A stretch of DNA of 34,481 nucleotides from a bacterium (GTDB taxonomy: Bacteria; Zhuqueibacterota; Zhuqueibacteria; Zhuqueibacterales; Zhuqueibacteraceae): NCBI GenBank assembly GCA_050732275.1, contig JBOHQZ010000001.1:1-34481 (forward strand), in the 5' to 3' direction. Shown here in pieces: positions 24,101 to 31,500 of this stretch (position 1 is its first letter; every line of letters begins with the position of its first letter). The notes beneath the pieces were generated by a model. The model searched no databases. It worked only from the letters and a program-made list of their open reading frames with translations, and had not been told where the DNA came from. The translations under genes were made by a program, and so were the position numbers.

Positions 24101-25688
24101 TATTGGTGACAAGTGAATTGTCGTCCAACAATGCCAATGCCCCGCCGTGATCCGTGCTCTTATTGCGCCGAAAGATATTGTTGCGGATTTCCGCGCCGCG
24201 CACGTCGACGAATGTAATGGCCGCGCCGCGCTGTGATTGATTGTCCTCAAATGTGCAATTTTCGATGATGACCTCGTCACTGCGACGCCCGAGAATCACG
24301 CCGGCTTTCGCATTGAGCTTAAGGTTTAAAAATTTCAAATGAGCAATGCGAATTTGAGATACCTCTTCGAGACGGAACAGCTCACGGCTGGACACGCCCG
24401 CGCCGCTAATGATCGTTTCAGCGCCTTGCGAAGCGCCTATGAGCGCGATGTTGCTTTTCAAGTACGCTGGAAATTTTTCGCCATTGGCCAGGGTGGAATA
24501 AATTCCCGGCGCCAGATGGATCGTCAAAGAATCAAGCGGCGAGGCAAAAATTTGCGTAAACGCGAAGCTGAGCGTGCGCCACGGCTTATTCTTGGAACCG
24601 TTGTTTTGGTCGGAGCCGTTCGGCGCAACGAAAAAGTTAGTATTGCCCAACGGGATGTTGATAGCGACGTTGCGATAGTTTGAGAGGTCAACGAGCGAAG
24701 CGGGGTAGGTGATGGCGCTGTTATCCGGCACTTTGCCCCAAAAATTGTAGCGCGCATTGACCGGCTTGGGGGTGTTGGCCACGTACACTTGTGCGCCCTG
24801 AACTCCGCCAATGTTATCGTGAATATCGTTGCCTTTGTCGAACGCGCCGCCGATGACAGCCTCGCCGGCGTTGATGAAAATGCCGCCGGCATTTTTGGTG
24901 ATGGCCGTGCTAGCGTTGTTCCAGCGAATACGATTGCGCTGCAAAATCGGTGTGGCCGTGTCAAGGTAAACAGCGCCGGCGCCGTTCTTCGCGGTATTAT
25001 ACTGAATAATGTTGGCGAGAATTTGCGCTGATTTGGTGCGGCTGCAAAAAATTCCCGCCCCGTCCTGCGCGATATTATTGCCGATTTGATTGTTCTCGAT
25101 GAAAATGTTGGACCCACCGCTCAGAAAAACACCGCCGCCGGAAGTCTTGGCCTCATTCAAGCGCACTACACAGCTTTTGATGACAACCTGACGGCAATCG
25201 CGCAGATATAACCCACCACCGAGACTGGCCTCACCGGCGTCCGCACGCGCGAACCCGTTGCGGATGGTCAGACGAGTGACGAGAATATTAATGACGTTTT
25301 GCCCCACCACGGCGCGCGCGGTTTTGTTGGCATTGATCACTGTGTTGACACTGTCACTGCCGACAAGCGAAATCCAGCTTTTCAAATTCAGCGGAAAATT
25401 CTCGCCGGTGGCTGCTGTGCTATAAACGCCGTTGGCCAATTTGACGGCTTTCGGCTTGAGCGAGTCCGACGACAATTGGTTGAGCGCGAAAGTCAGACTC
25501 CGCCACGGTTTGTCTTTGGCTCCGGTGCCGGTGAGGTTGCTGCCTTGAGGTGAAACATAGAATGTATCTATCGCGGCATTAGCGGTTTGAAAGCGATTTG
25601 AATATTCGCTCGCGAAGGCGGCGCTCAACCCACTCAGATGACCAGCCAGAATAATCATCAAAAGCAGAGAGTGAGAGATCATAAGCAT
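21162..25688 (-). CDS. giant secreted protein: four tandem right-handed parallel beta-helix modules (Pmp-like GGA[ILV] repeats), a PKD/cadherin-like Ig domain and a T9SS C-terminal sorting domain
   Basis: 1508 aa. Signal peptide present. Four modules start with F[YF]V/L-SP-x-G-[SND]... then PWR[ST]L (aa 43, 352, 679, 1012) and end with GNDI[YH].N......[RT][YF]NF[WL]G. There are many GGA/GGG-[AIV] turns. An HDPDNDLLTYIWTL Ig-like domain follows. CTD: NFPNPLRS...LEIYDLLGRRV...GIYFVRMQAGSF...KIVVTR. Confidence 0.9.
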   Translation of the reverse strand: MLMISHSLLLMIILAGHLSGLSAAFASEYSNRFQTANAAIDTFYVSPQGSNLTGTGAKDKPWRSLTFALNQLSSDSLKPKAVKLANGVYSTAATGENFPLNLKSWISLVGSDSVNTVINANKTARAVVGQNVINILVTRLTIRNGFARADAGEASLGGGLYLRDCRQVVIKSCVVRLNEAKTSGGGVFLSGGSNIFIENNQIGNNIAQDGAGIFCSRTKSAQILANIIQYNTAKNGAGAVYLDTATPILQRNRIRWNNASTAITKNAGGIFINAGEAVIGGAFDKGNDIHDNIGGVQGAQVYVANTPKPVNARYNFWGKVPDNSAITYPASLVDLSNYRNVAINIPLGNTNFFVAPNGSDQNNGSKNKPWRTLSFAFTQIFASPLDSLTIHLAPGIYSTLANGEKFPAYLKSNIALIGASQGAETIISGAGVSSRELFRLEEVSQIRIAHLKFLNLKLNAKAGVILGRRSDEVIIENCTFEDNQSQRGAAITFVDVRGAEIRNNIFRRNKSTDHGGALALLDDNSLVTNNIFTENTAANGGGAVHCDSSSEARFMRNEFQKNIAGFGGALYISRSNPRFNNNRILLNHANVSGGGAIALDGASLPLIGTREQQSNDIYLNTAVGKGSQVRRLEPGLKIDTRYNFWGQVPDSMLISPFAQFATENYRQVSERMPSNTRELYISPAGNDGAIGTSRGEALRTVGQALRLSFGLANSPMTLRLLPGRFAAATSGETFPLTLAKYLTVRGAGRDSTTVDAENRGRVFEGRDLAGNVITDMKIAGGKASGFGGAVLISNSKTAAVGKSVALTMTNCLLQNNSAMNGGAVATQRSYKTVIRNCEFANNSAQQSGGAVAALGDSIEINAAEFNGNRAQTNGGAVHVDSAAVATITDSRIHDNTAAAGGGIAVTNGLARIWRNFILDNTAQSGTGGGIYLGANGKAVIGGAAANGNDLYGNRAGNFGKVLGSAPRHDKIEARHNFFGGKPEVALVDNPTIFDVSVFRYVTITIPANSRQFYLSPKGDDANSGVSVNSPWRTLAAAGRFFSDSGDSVRLHLQNGVYSANATGERFPWRVPNRVTLIGQHADSVVLDGGNKTRILEVYNVTRINLRNLTLTNGSYALISPPFSAGALQIHKSSQIRLEGVQFRRNATIGGGGAVAADSSNTVIVNNCRFIENNGRGGGIFFQRTGGEIRQSEFRSNRSPSNGSAIYLDNSSPRIISNVLAGNTAGATDIGGAIFCAAGSLPIIGGSAGQGNDIYNNTSGNKGKALAREGSAPVINATFNYLGAAKPGEAEAYPLNGFNLNFSRQVPIATNDKPIITQTTPPAHLPIRAGRQDTLNFKISAHDPDNDLLTYIWTLDDGPNPVSYGASYTFYPFYAGFGEYRIRVVVSDQRDTVSVNWRVTVSTTSVTTRQEKLPKAYALQQNFPNPLRSAEAMTVIPFQIPQSNEVTLEIYDLLGRRVRLLEQAAKPPGFYSALWDGRDQRGRLVESGIYFVRMQAGSFTAMQKIVVTR

Positions 25689-25924
25689 AACCTAACGGAT
25701 TTGGCGCTGAAAGTGTGTGATGGTGCTTTACAAAAACTATACAGACAAGGCGAGAAATTTGGAGAAATAGCTCTGGCCTGCCAAGGACAAAAAACGTTGC
25801 AGAGATTACCAAAGTGCAAGCCGGCACAGGCTTGAGCGTCAAGCAATACCCACAAACTCCCTCGCATTCATTCCGGCCTGAGAATTGCAAAAGCCGAAAT
25901 GAACCTTTTTTAGGAGATTTATTT

Positions 25925-26773
25925 ATGAAGCAACTCTTCTCGATGGTCATGGTGGGAGCCGCTTGCACCTTTCTCTCCGCTGGTTGCGGAAAAGACCCCA
26001 TCTCCAGTCGTACGGCCAGTATGACGCTGAGGGTCAAAGCCGTGTCTGGGAGCCTGCAAAAAAATTCCGGCTTGCTCGCGCCACAAGTCACGATTACCTC
26101 GGCCAAGCTGGTGTTGGGTGACATTGAATTCGAGAGCGTTGGGGGCGATAGTATGGATTTCGATGCTCCAACTCCGCTCGTCGTCAATCTCAATCTCAAC
26201 GGAACAATGACGGATATCGGCACGGTTCCGATTCCTATGGGGACCTATACCGAGATGGAAATCGAATTTGAGAAACTGCAGCCCACAGATGGCCAGGTGT
26301 ACCTTAATAATCCGGATCTGCAGAATCGCAGCATTTACGTTCGGGGCTACGTGGGCAATGACACCAACGCCGTGTTCGTCTTTACGAGTGATTTTGAAGT
26401 AGAACAGGAGCAAGAGTTTTCTCCTCCCCTGGTAGTCGATGCGAATTCATCGATAACCTACGTGATGCTCACCATCGATGTCAGCACTTGGTTCAGCAAT
26501 GGGGCCGGAGGATATCTCGATCCTCGTTCCATCCAGGATAAGAGAGCCATTGAAAGAAACATTCAGGCTTCTCTAAACGCTTGGGAAGATGATAATGGTG
26601 ACGGCGCCGTTGACGCGGATGACGTAGATGACGCGGACGATGATGACGCGGACGACACCGACGATGCAGATGATGCGGACGACGCGGATGATGCCGATGA
26701 TGCCGATGACGCGGATGACGCAGACGATGCAGACGATGCGGATGATGCTGGCGACGATGATCCCAATCTCTAA
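25925..26773 (+). CDS. lipoprotein (DUF4382-like beta-sandwich) with a C-terminal poly-acidic (Ala-Asp-Asp)n tail
   Basis: AGGAG lies upstream of the ATG at 25925. Lipobox FLSAGCG. The body shows the pattern ...ITSAKLVLGDIEFES...PLVVNLNLNG...VPIPMGTYTEMEIEF. The tail spans 26585-26770. Confidence 0.75.
   Translation: MKQLFSMVMVGAACTFLSAGCGKDPISSRTASMTLRVKAVSGSLQKNSGLLAPQVTITSAKLVLGDIEFESVGGDSMDFDAPTPLVVNLNLNGTMTDIGTVPIPMGTYTEMEIEFEKLQPTDGQVYLNNPDLQNRSIYVRGYVGNDTNAVFVFTSDFEVEQEQEFSPPLVVDANSSITYVMLTIDVSTWFSNGAGGYLDPRSIQDKRAIERNIQASLNAWEDDNGDGAVDADDVDDADDDDADDTDDADDADDADDADDADDADDADDADDADDAGDDDPNL
26585..26770 (+). repeat. coding low-complexity region: a DxNxDGxxDxxD calcium-loop-like motif followed by about 13 ADD triplets
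   Basis: EDDNGDGAVDADDVDDADDDDADDTDDADDADDADDADDADDADDADDADDADDAGDDDPNL. Codons vary synonymously (gat/gac; gcg/gca/gcc/gct). Confidence 0.8.
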
Positions 26774-26806
26774 GATCTTATTTGATTGAGTTGTATGCTA
26801 TAGATC

Positions 26807-26834
26807 GGGGTGCGAAACTGCGGTTTTGCACTCC
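26807..26834 (+). terminator. hairpin downstream of the acidic-tail lipoprotein gene
   Basis: GGGGTGCGAAAC-tgcg-GTTTTGCACTCC forms a 12-bp stem with two G.U pairs on the plus-strand RNA only. The downstream T-run is weak. Confidence 0.45.
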
Positions 26835-26845
26835 GGTTCTCATTA

Positions 26846-28114
26846 TTACCGCTCTTGTTCTGCCGCTCTAATCATGTATCCCTCCAAACCTAAATTCAAA
26901 GCTGCGCCCAATTCAATAGGGTCCCAGCCCTCTACTTGTTTGGGGATAAAACGGCGATCTCCCAGAATTTCAGGAATGGATTTGTCGTAGTAAAGCGCTG
27001 CATTCTCGCCGCCGTCTTTATGCCATACCACCGGCGTTCCGGGTGGAATCAAAGCACTCACTTGCAAAGTCTTCCGGTCGATCATCACCAAGCCATTGCC
27101 CACTTCCCGGCTCAGCTCGTATTCAGCGATCGTGGCGACGAAAATCATTTCTTCTGTTACCATTAAATCTCTGACGGAGTGATTGACGAGTGCGGGATGG
27201 CGCAAGATGCCGAGGTCGCCGGTGGCAAGATCGTAAAAACCAATGCCGCCGTAGCCTTGCTGGCCTCGGCCTTGATAAAAAGAAAAGCCAACCCAGATTT
27301 TGCCGTTGGCGTAAGTCGCAGCAGAGATGATGGACTCGACATGGGTAATCTCGCTCCTGAAATCTTCATTGTCTTCATCATAACCGTATTGCTCGACGAG
27401 ACGCGGACGGTAGCGGAGGAGAAAGTCTACGGTCGGCAGAGGAAAATTCGCCAAGTTGATCAAATTACCGAGCGAGTCTTTAAAAACCTCATAGTTTTTC
27501 AGCTTGAAGGTAACACTGTCAATTTGAAATACTCTTGTGGCTTCAATCGGCAGATTGGCTTGTTCCCAGTCGTTCATTTTGTAAAGACCGGCGCGCGATG
27601 AATTCATGTTTAGCGCATAGAGACGGTGATAGCCTCGCTGTGCAAATTCACCCGTAAGTTCGGCGATGTTGAGATTTTGCCAATGCAGCAGAATGTAATT
27701 TTGGTTTCTGTCTGGAAAGACGGCTTCCAGATCCGGCATTCTGGCGGCGCTGAAAGATCGCGCGCCCTGGGGATGCTGTTCTTGATATTCGTCGTAGCCG
27801 CGCAAATCCAGCAGAATGGCTTGCCCGTTATTCACCAACTCCCAGGTTTGCTCGGCGCTGATCTGGAAAGTAGAATCGGCAAACACCGGTATGGTGTGAT
27901 CGACAAATGAAGCGAGCTGGTGTTCATCATCGAGTTGGTCCAATCCATCTTTTTCTTCGGAAGAATAAGAGGTGAGATGGTTGGCAAAGCCATTGTGAAA
28001 TGTATGCCGGTCCGCCGGCGGTAGATTTTGCCGAGCGCTGATTCTGAAAAAAGTTGCCAATATGCCAACAAGCATTGCCACGCCAAGCCGATAGCGGAAT
28101 CGTGATTTTGCCAT
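26846..28114 (-). CDS. membrane-anchored protein with a Cys-less rhodanese-homology domain and an uncharacterised C-terminal domain
   Basis: 422 aa. N-terminal TM helix (LGVAMLVGILATFF). Rhodanese-like segment AILLDLRGYDEYQEQHPQGA....NYILLHWQNLNIAELTGEFAQRGYHRLYAL, with His where the catalytic Cys is expected. Confidence 0.65.
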   Translation of the reverse strand: MAKSRFRYRLGVAMLVGILATFFRISARQNLPPADRHTFHNGFANHLTSYSSEEKDGLDQLDDEHQLASFVDHTIPVFADSTFQISAEQTWELVNNGQAILLDLRGYDEYQEQHPQGARSFSAARMPDLEAVFPDRNQNYILLHWQNLNIAELTGEFAQRGYHRLYALNMNSSRAGLYKMNDWEQANLPIEATRVFQIDSVTFKLKNYEVFKDSLGNLINLANFPLPTVDFLLRYRPRLVEQYGYDEDNEDFRSEITHVESIISAATYANGKIWVGFSFYQGRGQQGYGGIGFYDLATGDLGILRHPALVNHSVRDLMVTEEMIFVATIAEYELSREVGNGLVMIDRKTLQVSALIPPGTPVVWHKDGGENAALYYDKSIPEILGDRRFIPKQVEGWDPIELGAALNLGLEGYMIRAAEQER

Positions 28115-28253
28115 AGGATTGCTTGCCAGATTGTTGATGAAGGTTGCAGTAAATCCGGACGAGACAGCACTGGTTTCAAAAATACCTCAGGTAAGTATAC
28201 CGGCAAGAGGGCGAATTTGGTGAGACTTGAGAAATTGAAAAAATGAATCGTAA

Positions 28254-28272
28254 CCCAGACGGCCCGTCTGGG
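28254..28272 (-). terminator. hairpin immediately after the stop codon of the MFS remnant
   Basis: CCCAGAC-ggccc-GTCTGGG. On the minus strand, TTACGATTCATTTTTT follows. Confidence 0.45.
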
Positions 28273-28274
28273 CT

Positions 28275-28571
28275 TTATTTCAGTGTCGTGCCTTGCGTTT
28301 CCGGCAATAACAAAATCATCATCGCCTCGCCAAAAAGAACGCCGAAGTAAGCGCGCTGCCGCTGCCGTAAACATCCGCGAGGCCGCCGATGATAAACGGC
28401 GCTAATGCGTTAAAAGCGCGACCGGCGTTGTAGGCAAAACCTTGTACGGTCGCACACACTTTGGTTGGAAAAAGCTCGGCCAGCATCGCGTCTCGAATAG
28501 TGAGAAGTAGCCGAAGTCGAAAAAAACAATGAGCAAGCTGCTATTATCGTAAGTTTGCTGCTGAAAGATCA
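28275..28571 (-). pseudogene. frameshifted 3' remnant (about the last 90 codons) of an MFS transporter paralogous to 33001-34251
   Basis: The DNA aligns by eye to 33001-33300. Conceptual translation with two frame corrections reads ...FFDFGYFSLF/AMLAELFPTKVCATVQGFAYNAGRAFNALAPFIIGGLADVYGSGSALTSAFFLA/MMILLLPETQGTTLK*. The intact gene reads ...FFGSGYFSLFGAMLAELFPTQVRATGQGFAYNAGRAFSALAPFIIGGLADVYGIGSALALTSAFFLTGAILILFLPETRGAFLE*. Confidence 0.75.
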
Positions 28572-28574
28572 TCC

Positions 28575-31500
28575 TCATTTCAAAACAACAGCTTTTTGGG
28601 TGGCCGTGTAAGTTCCGGCTTGCATTCTGTAGAAATAAATTCCTGAACCAAGCTTGGAGGCATCCCATAAAATGGCATGAGTTCCTGGTTCGACACTTTT
28701 CTTGACAATCCTGTCAATTTCCTGTCCTGCGCTGTTGAAGAATGTTATGATGACGTCCGACTTTTCAGGAATATCATATTGGATGGTTGTCGCGGCATTG
28801 AAGGGGTTCGGATAATTGTCATGCAACTTGAATTCCGTTATGACGGGCGGGCGCTTGTCTTCCTCGACGGGCGAAGATAATTTAGTGGTGAAGTGGATCG
28901 TATCAGATGGCGTTGCGGCCTTGCCATCCGACGCAATAACGAGAAAGGCATACGCTGTTTTTAATTTTAAGCCAGTGAAGGTATGGAAAGTGTCTAACGG
29001 CGCAAAAGTCCGTTCATCAATGAGCTGCCCGTTGATCTTTTGCCAAAGCTTGATCTGATATGAAAGTGAATCGGCGTCGAGATCTTCACAAAACCAATGA
29101 ATCGTTAACGTGGTATCCGCATTGTCCAATGGTGAGCTTGTGGAGCGCAGTTGCGGAATATCCGGCGCCGCGTTGAAGTAAGGTGCGGCCGCCGTATTGG
29201 CCGCATCGTGATGAAACTTCGGCCACGCGCTATCGGCCAAACCTTTGCTTTGTGAAAGAATGGCGTAAAAAATCCCATACTCAGTGCCAAAATAGATCGA
29301 GCCGTCCGCAGCGATGGCCGGCGAGAAAAGTATTTTGCCATCAATAGTGGCCGACCATTTGAGAGAGCCGTCCGCAGCCAGCGCATAAAAGTGCTGATCA
29401 TGCGAGCCGAAATAAATCGTGCCATCCGCGCCAATCAACGGCGCGGCGGAAATCGCACCGTTTGTTGCATAGCGCCATTTTAGCGAACCATCCGCTTTGA
29501 GCGCATACAGGTTGTTATCATTCGCGCCGAAATGAATCGCGCCGTCTGCACCAACAGTAGCAGACGAGGTAATCTCTCCACCGCTCACGAACGACCACTT
29601 CAATTTGCCATTAGGTTGAATCGCATACAATTTGCGATCGCGTGCACTGATGAAAATCGTATCGTCTGTATCAATTGCCGGCGGGACGTCAATCTCCCCG
29701 CCGGTTTGAAAAGCCCAGGCCAGCCGGCCATGGGGAGTAATCGCATATAATTTTCCATCCGTTGCCCCGATGAATATTTTGCCATCGGCGCCAATCGCCG
29801 GTGAAGATTTAATTGTGCTATTGATTCCATAAGACCATTTTATCCCACCATCCGGGTTGACGGCTAAAACTTGTTGATTGCTTCCGACAAGCACCGTGCC
29901 GTACACATTGATGGCCGGCGTGGAGCCGAAGCCATTTAAATAGCGGCTCCATTTTCGAGCGCCATTTTTATCAAACGCCAACAATTCGGCATTGGCGCAG
30001 ATATAGATGACGCTGTCGCCGCCTAAAGCGGGTGATGAGGGATAATTGTCGCTGACATACGTGGACCACTTTTGAAATCCATTCGGAGTAATCGCATTCA
30101 AACCGCTGCTCCTCGACCAAGCGTAAATCGTGCCATCTGCACCCAAAGCCGGATTTGAAGCAGCCAATGTATTGGCAATCCATTTTAATCCATAATAGAC
30201 ATCGACAAACGCCACGCTCACGCCATCACCGTTGTCTCGCACCGTCACGCTGAACCGATACAGGCCAAGATCTGAAAGTGTGGCGTTGGCGACAACTTGG
30301 GTTGAATCCGAAAAAGCAACAATCGCCTCAGACGGTTTCTTGACACAACGCCACAAATAAGTCAACGGATCGCCATCCGGATCGCGCGACGCGCTGGCAT
30401 CCAACACGACGGCTTCGCCAATGGCTAAACGCAGCGTGTCCTTCGCAACGGCGGCGTTGGGTGCATTGGGATTGGAAACGCTGGCGGTGCGTTGATTATC
30501 TTTGCCGGAAGTCGGCCACGGACTTGCCGCCAATCCCAAGCTGCTCGTCTTGATGGCAAACAAACTGTTGAAGGATAAATACAACGTGCCATCGTTCGCA
30601 ATAACGGGTGAAGAAAGGCCGAACGGAAACAGCCATTGCGTCGCGCCGTTCGGATGCAAGGCGTAAACTTTTCGTCCGGATTCTGACGTTACATAAATCG
30701 ACCCATCGGCTCCGAGCGCCGGCGACGCGCCGGCGCCATGGTCAATCACATACTCACTTTTTATTTTTCCTTCCGGCGTAATCGCATAAAGTTTGTCTCC
30801 ACTACAATAGATCGTTCCATCCATTGCGATGATGGGCTGCCCTCCGACTCTGCCCAATTGCAAGCTCCATTTCTTGGTGCCGTCAATATTGAAAGCAGAC
30901 AAGTCGGTGCCGGCGCCTAAGTAAATCGTCCCGTCGGGTGCAAAGGCGGGGGAGCCATTGGCCGGTGTGGCCCACAGAAATTTGCCCTCGCGGCTGATGG
31001 CGTAAAGAAAGCTCTCTCGCGAGCTGGTGCCCACGAAGATCGTTCCATCACTCCCAATGATCGGCGAAGTTGTGATTGCATTTTCTTTTGTAGAAAAAGC
31101 CCATTTCAACGTACCGTTGGGATTCAGCGCCAAGAGACTATTTTCAACGCCAACATAAATTGTGCCATCGGAATCAATCGCTTTATTTACCGGCGTTGGG
31201 CGACTGACGGTGAAACTCCATTTGAGTGTGCCATTAGTATCGATGGCGTAAAATTTCCTCGCGCCGCCGACTACGATGATCATGCCATCTTTGCCAACGC
31301 TGGGATGAAACAAATCCTCATCGGTTTTGAATTTCCAACGCATGCTCATATCCGGATTAATGGCATACAAAGAGGAATCAGCCGCGGTTACATAAATAGT
31401 CTCATCCAAACCGAGAGCCGGATTGGAATTGATGTGGCGCGGTGGGACAAATTCACGATAGCCACACGAAACTTTTACCAGTGCAACACTGATGAAATTA

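Noticed and set aside
21207-25553. Numerous 60-220-aa ORFs on both strands inside the beta-helix giant (e.g. 22449-23120, 24524-25117). The same occurs inside the PQQ giant
   Set aside because: They are entirely nested in a single uninterrupted 1508-aa (or 1454-aa) frame with clear repeat architecture. Their composition is antisense-like.
26563-26766. 67-aa (Ser-Ser-Ala)n ORF on the minus strand
   Set aside because: It is the reverse complement of the (Ala-Asp-Asp)n tail codons. The plus-strand gene has an RBS, a lipobox and a folded N-terminal domain.
26585-26770. Possible microsatellite or CRISPR-like periodic DNA
   Set aside because: The 9-nt period is codon-level only, the units are not identical, there are no spacers, and it lies inside a coding frame. 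It is not a CRISPR array or a slippage-prone simple repeat.
27832-28668. ORFs 27832-28374 (180 aa) and 28402-28668 (88 aa) on the minus strand
   Set aside because: Both are chimeric read-throughs of the frameshifted MFS remnant into neighbouring sequence. The first also overlaps the real start of the 26846-28114 gene. They are not independent genes.
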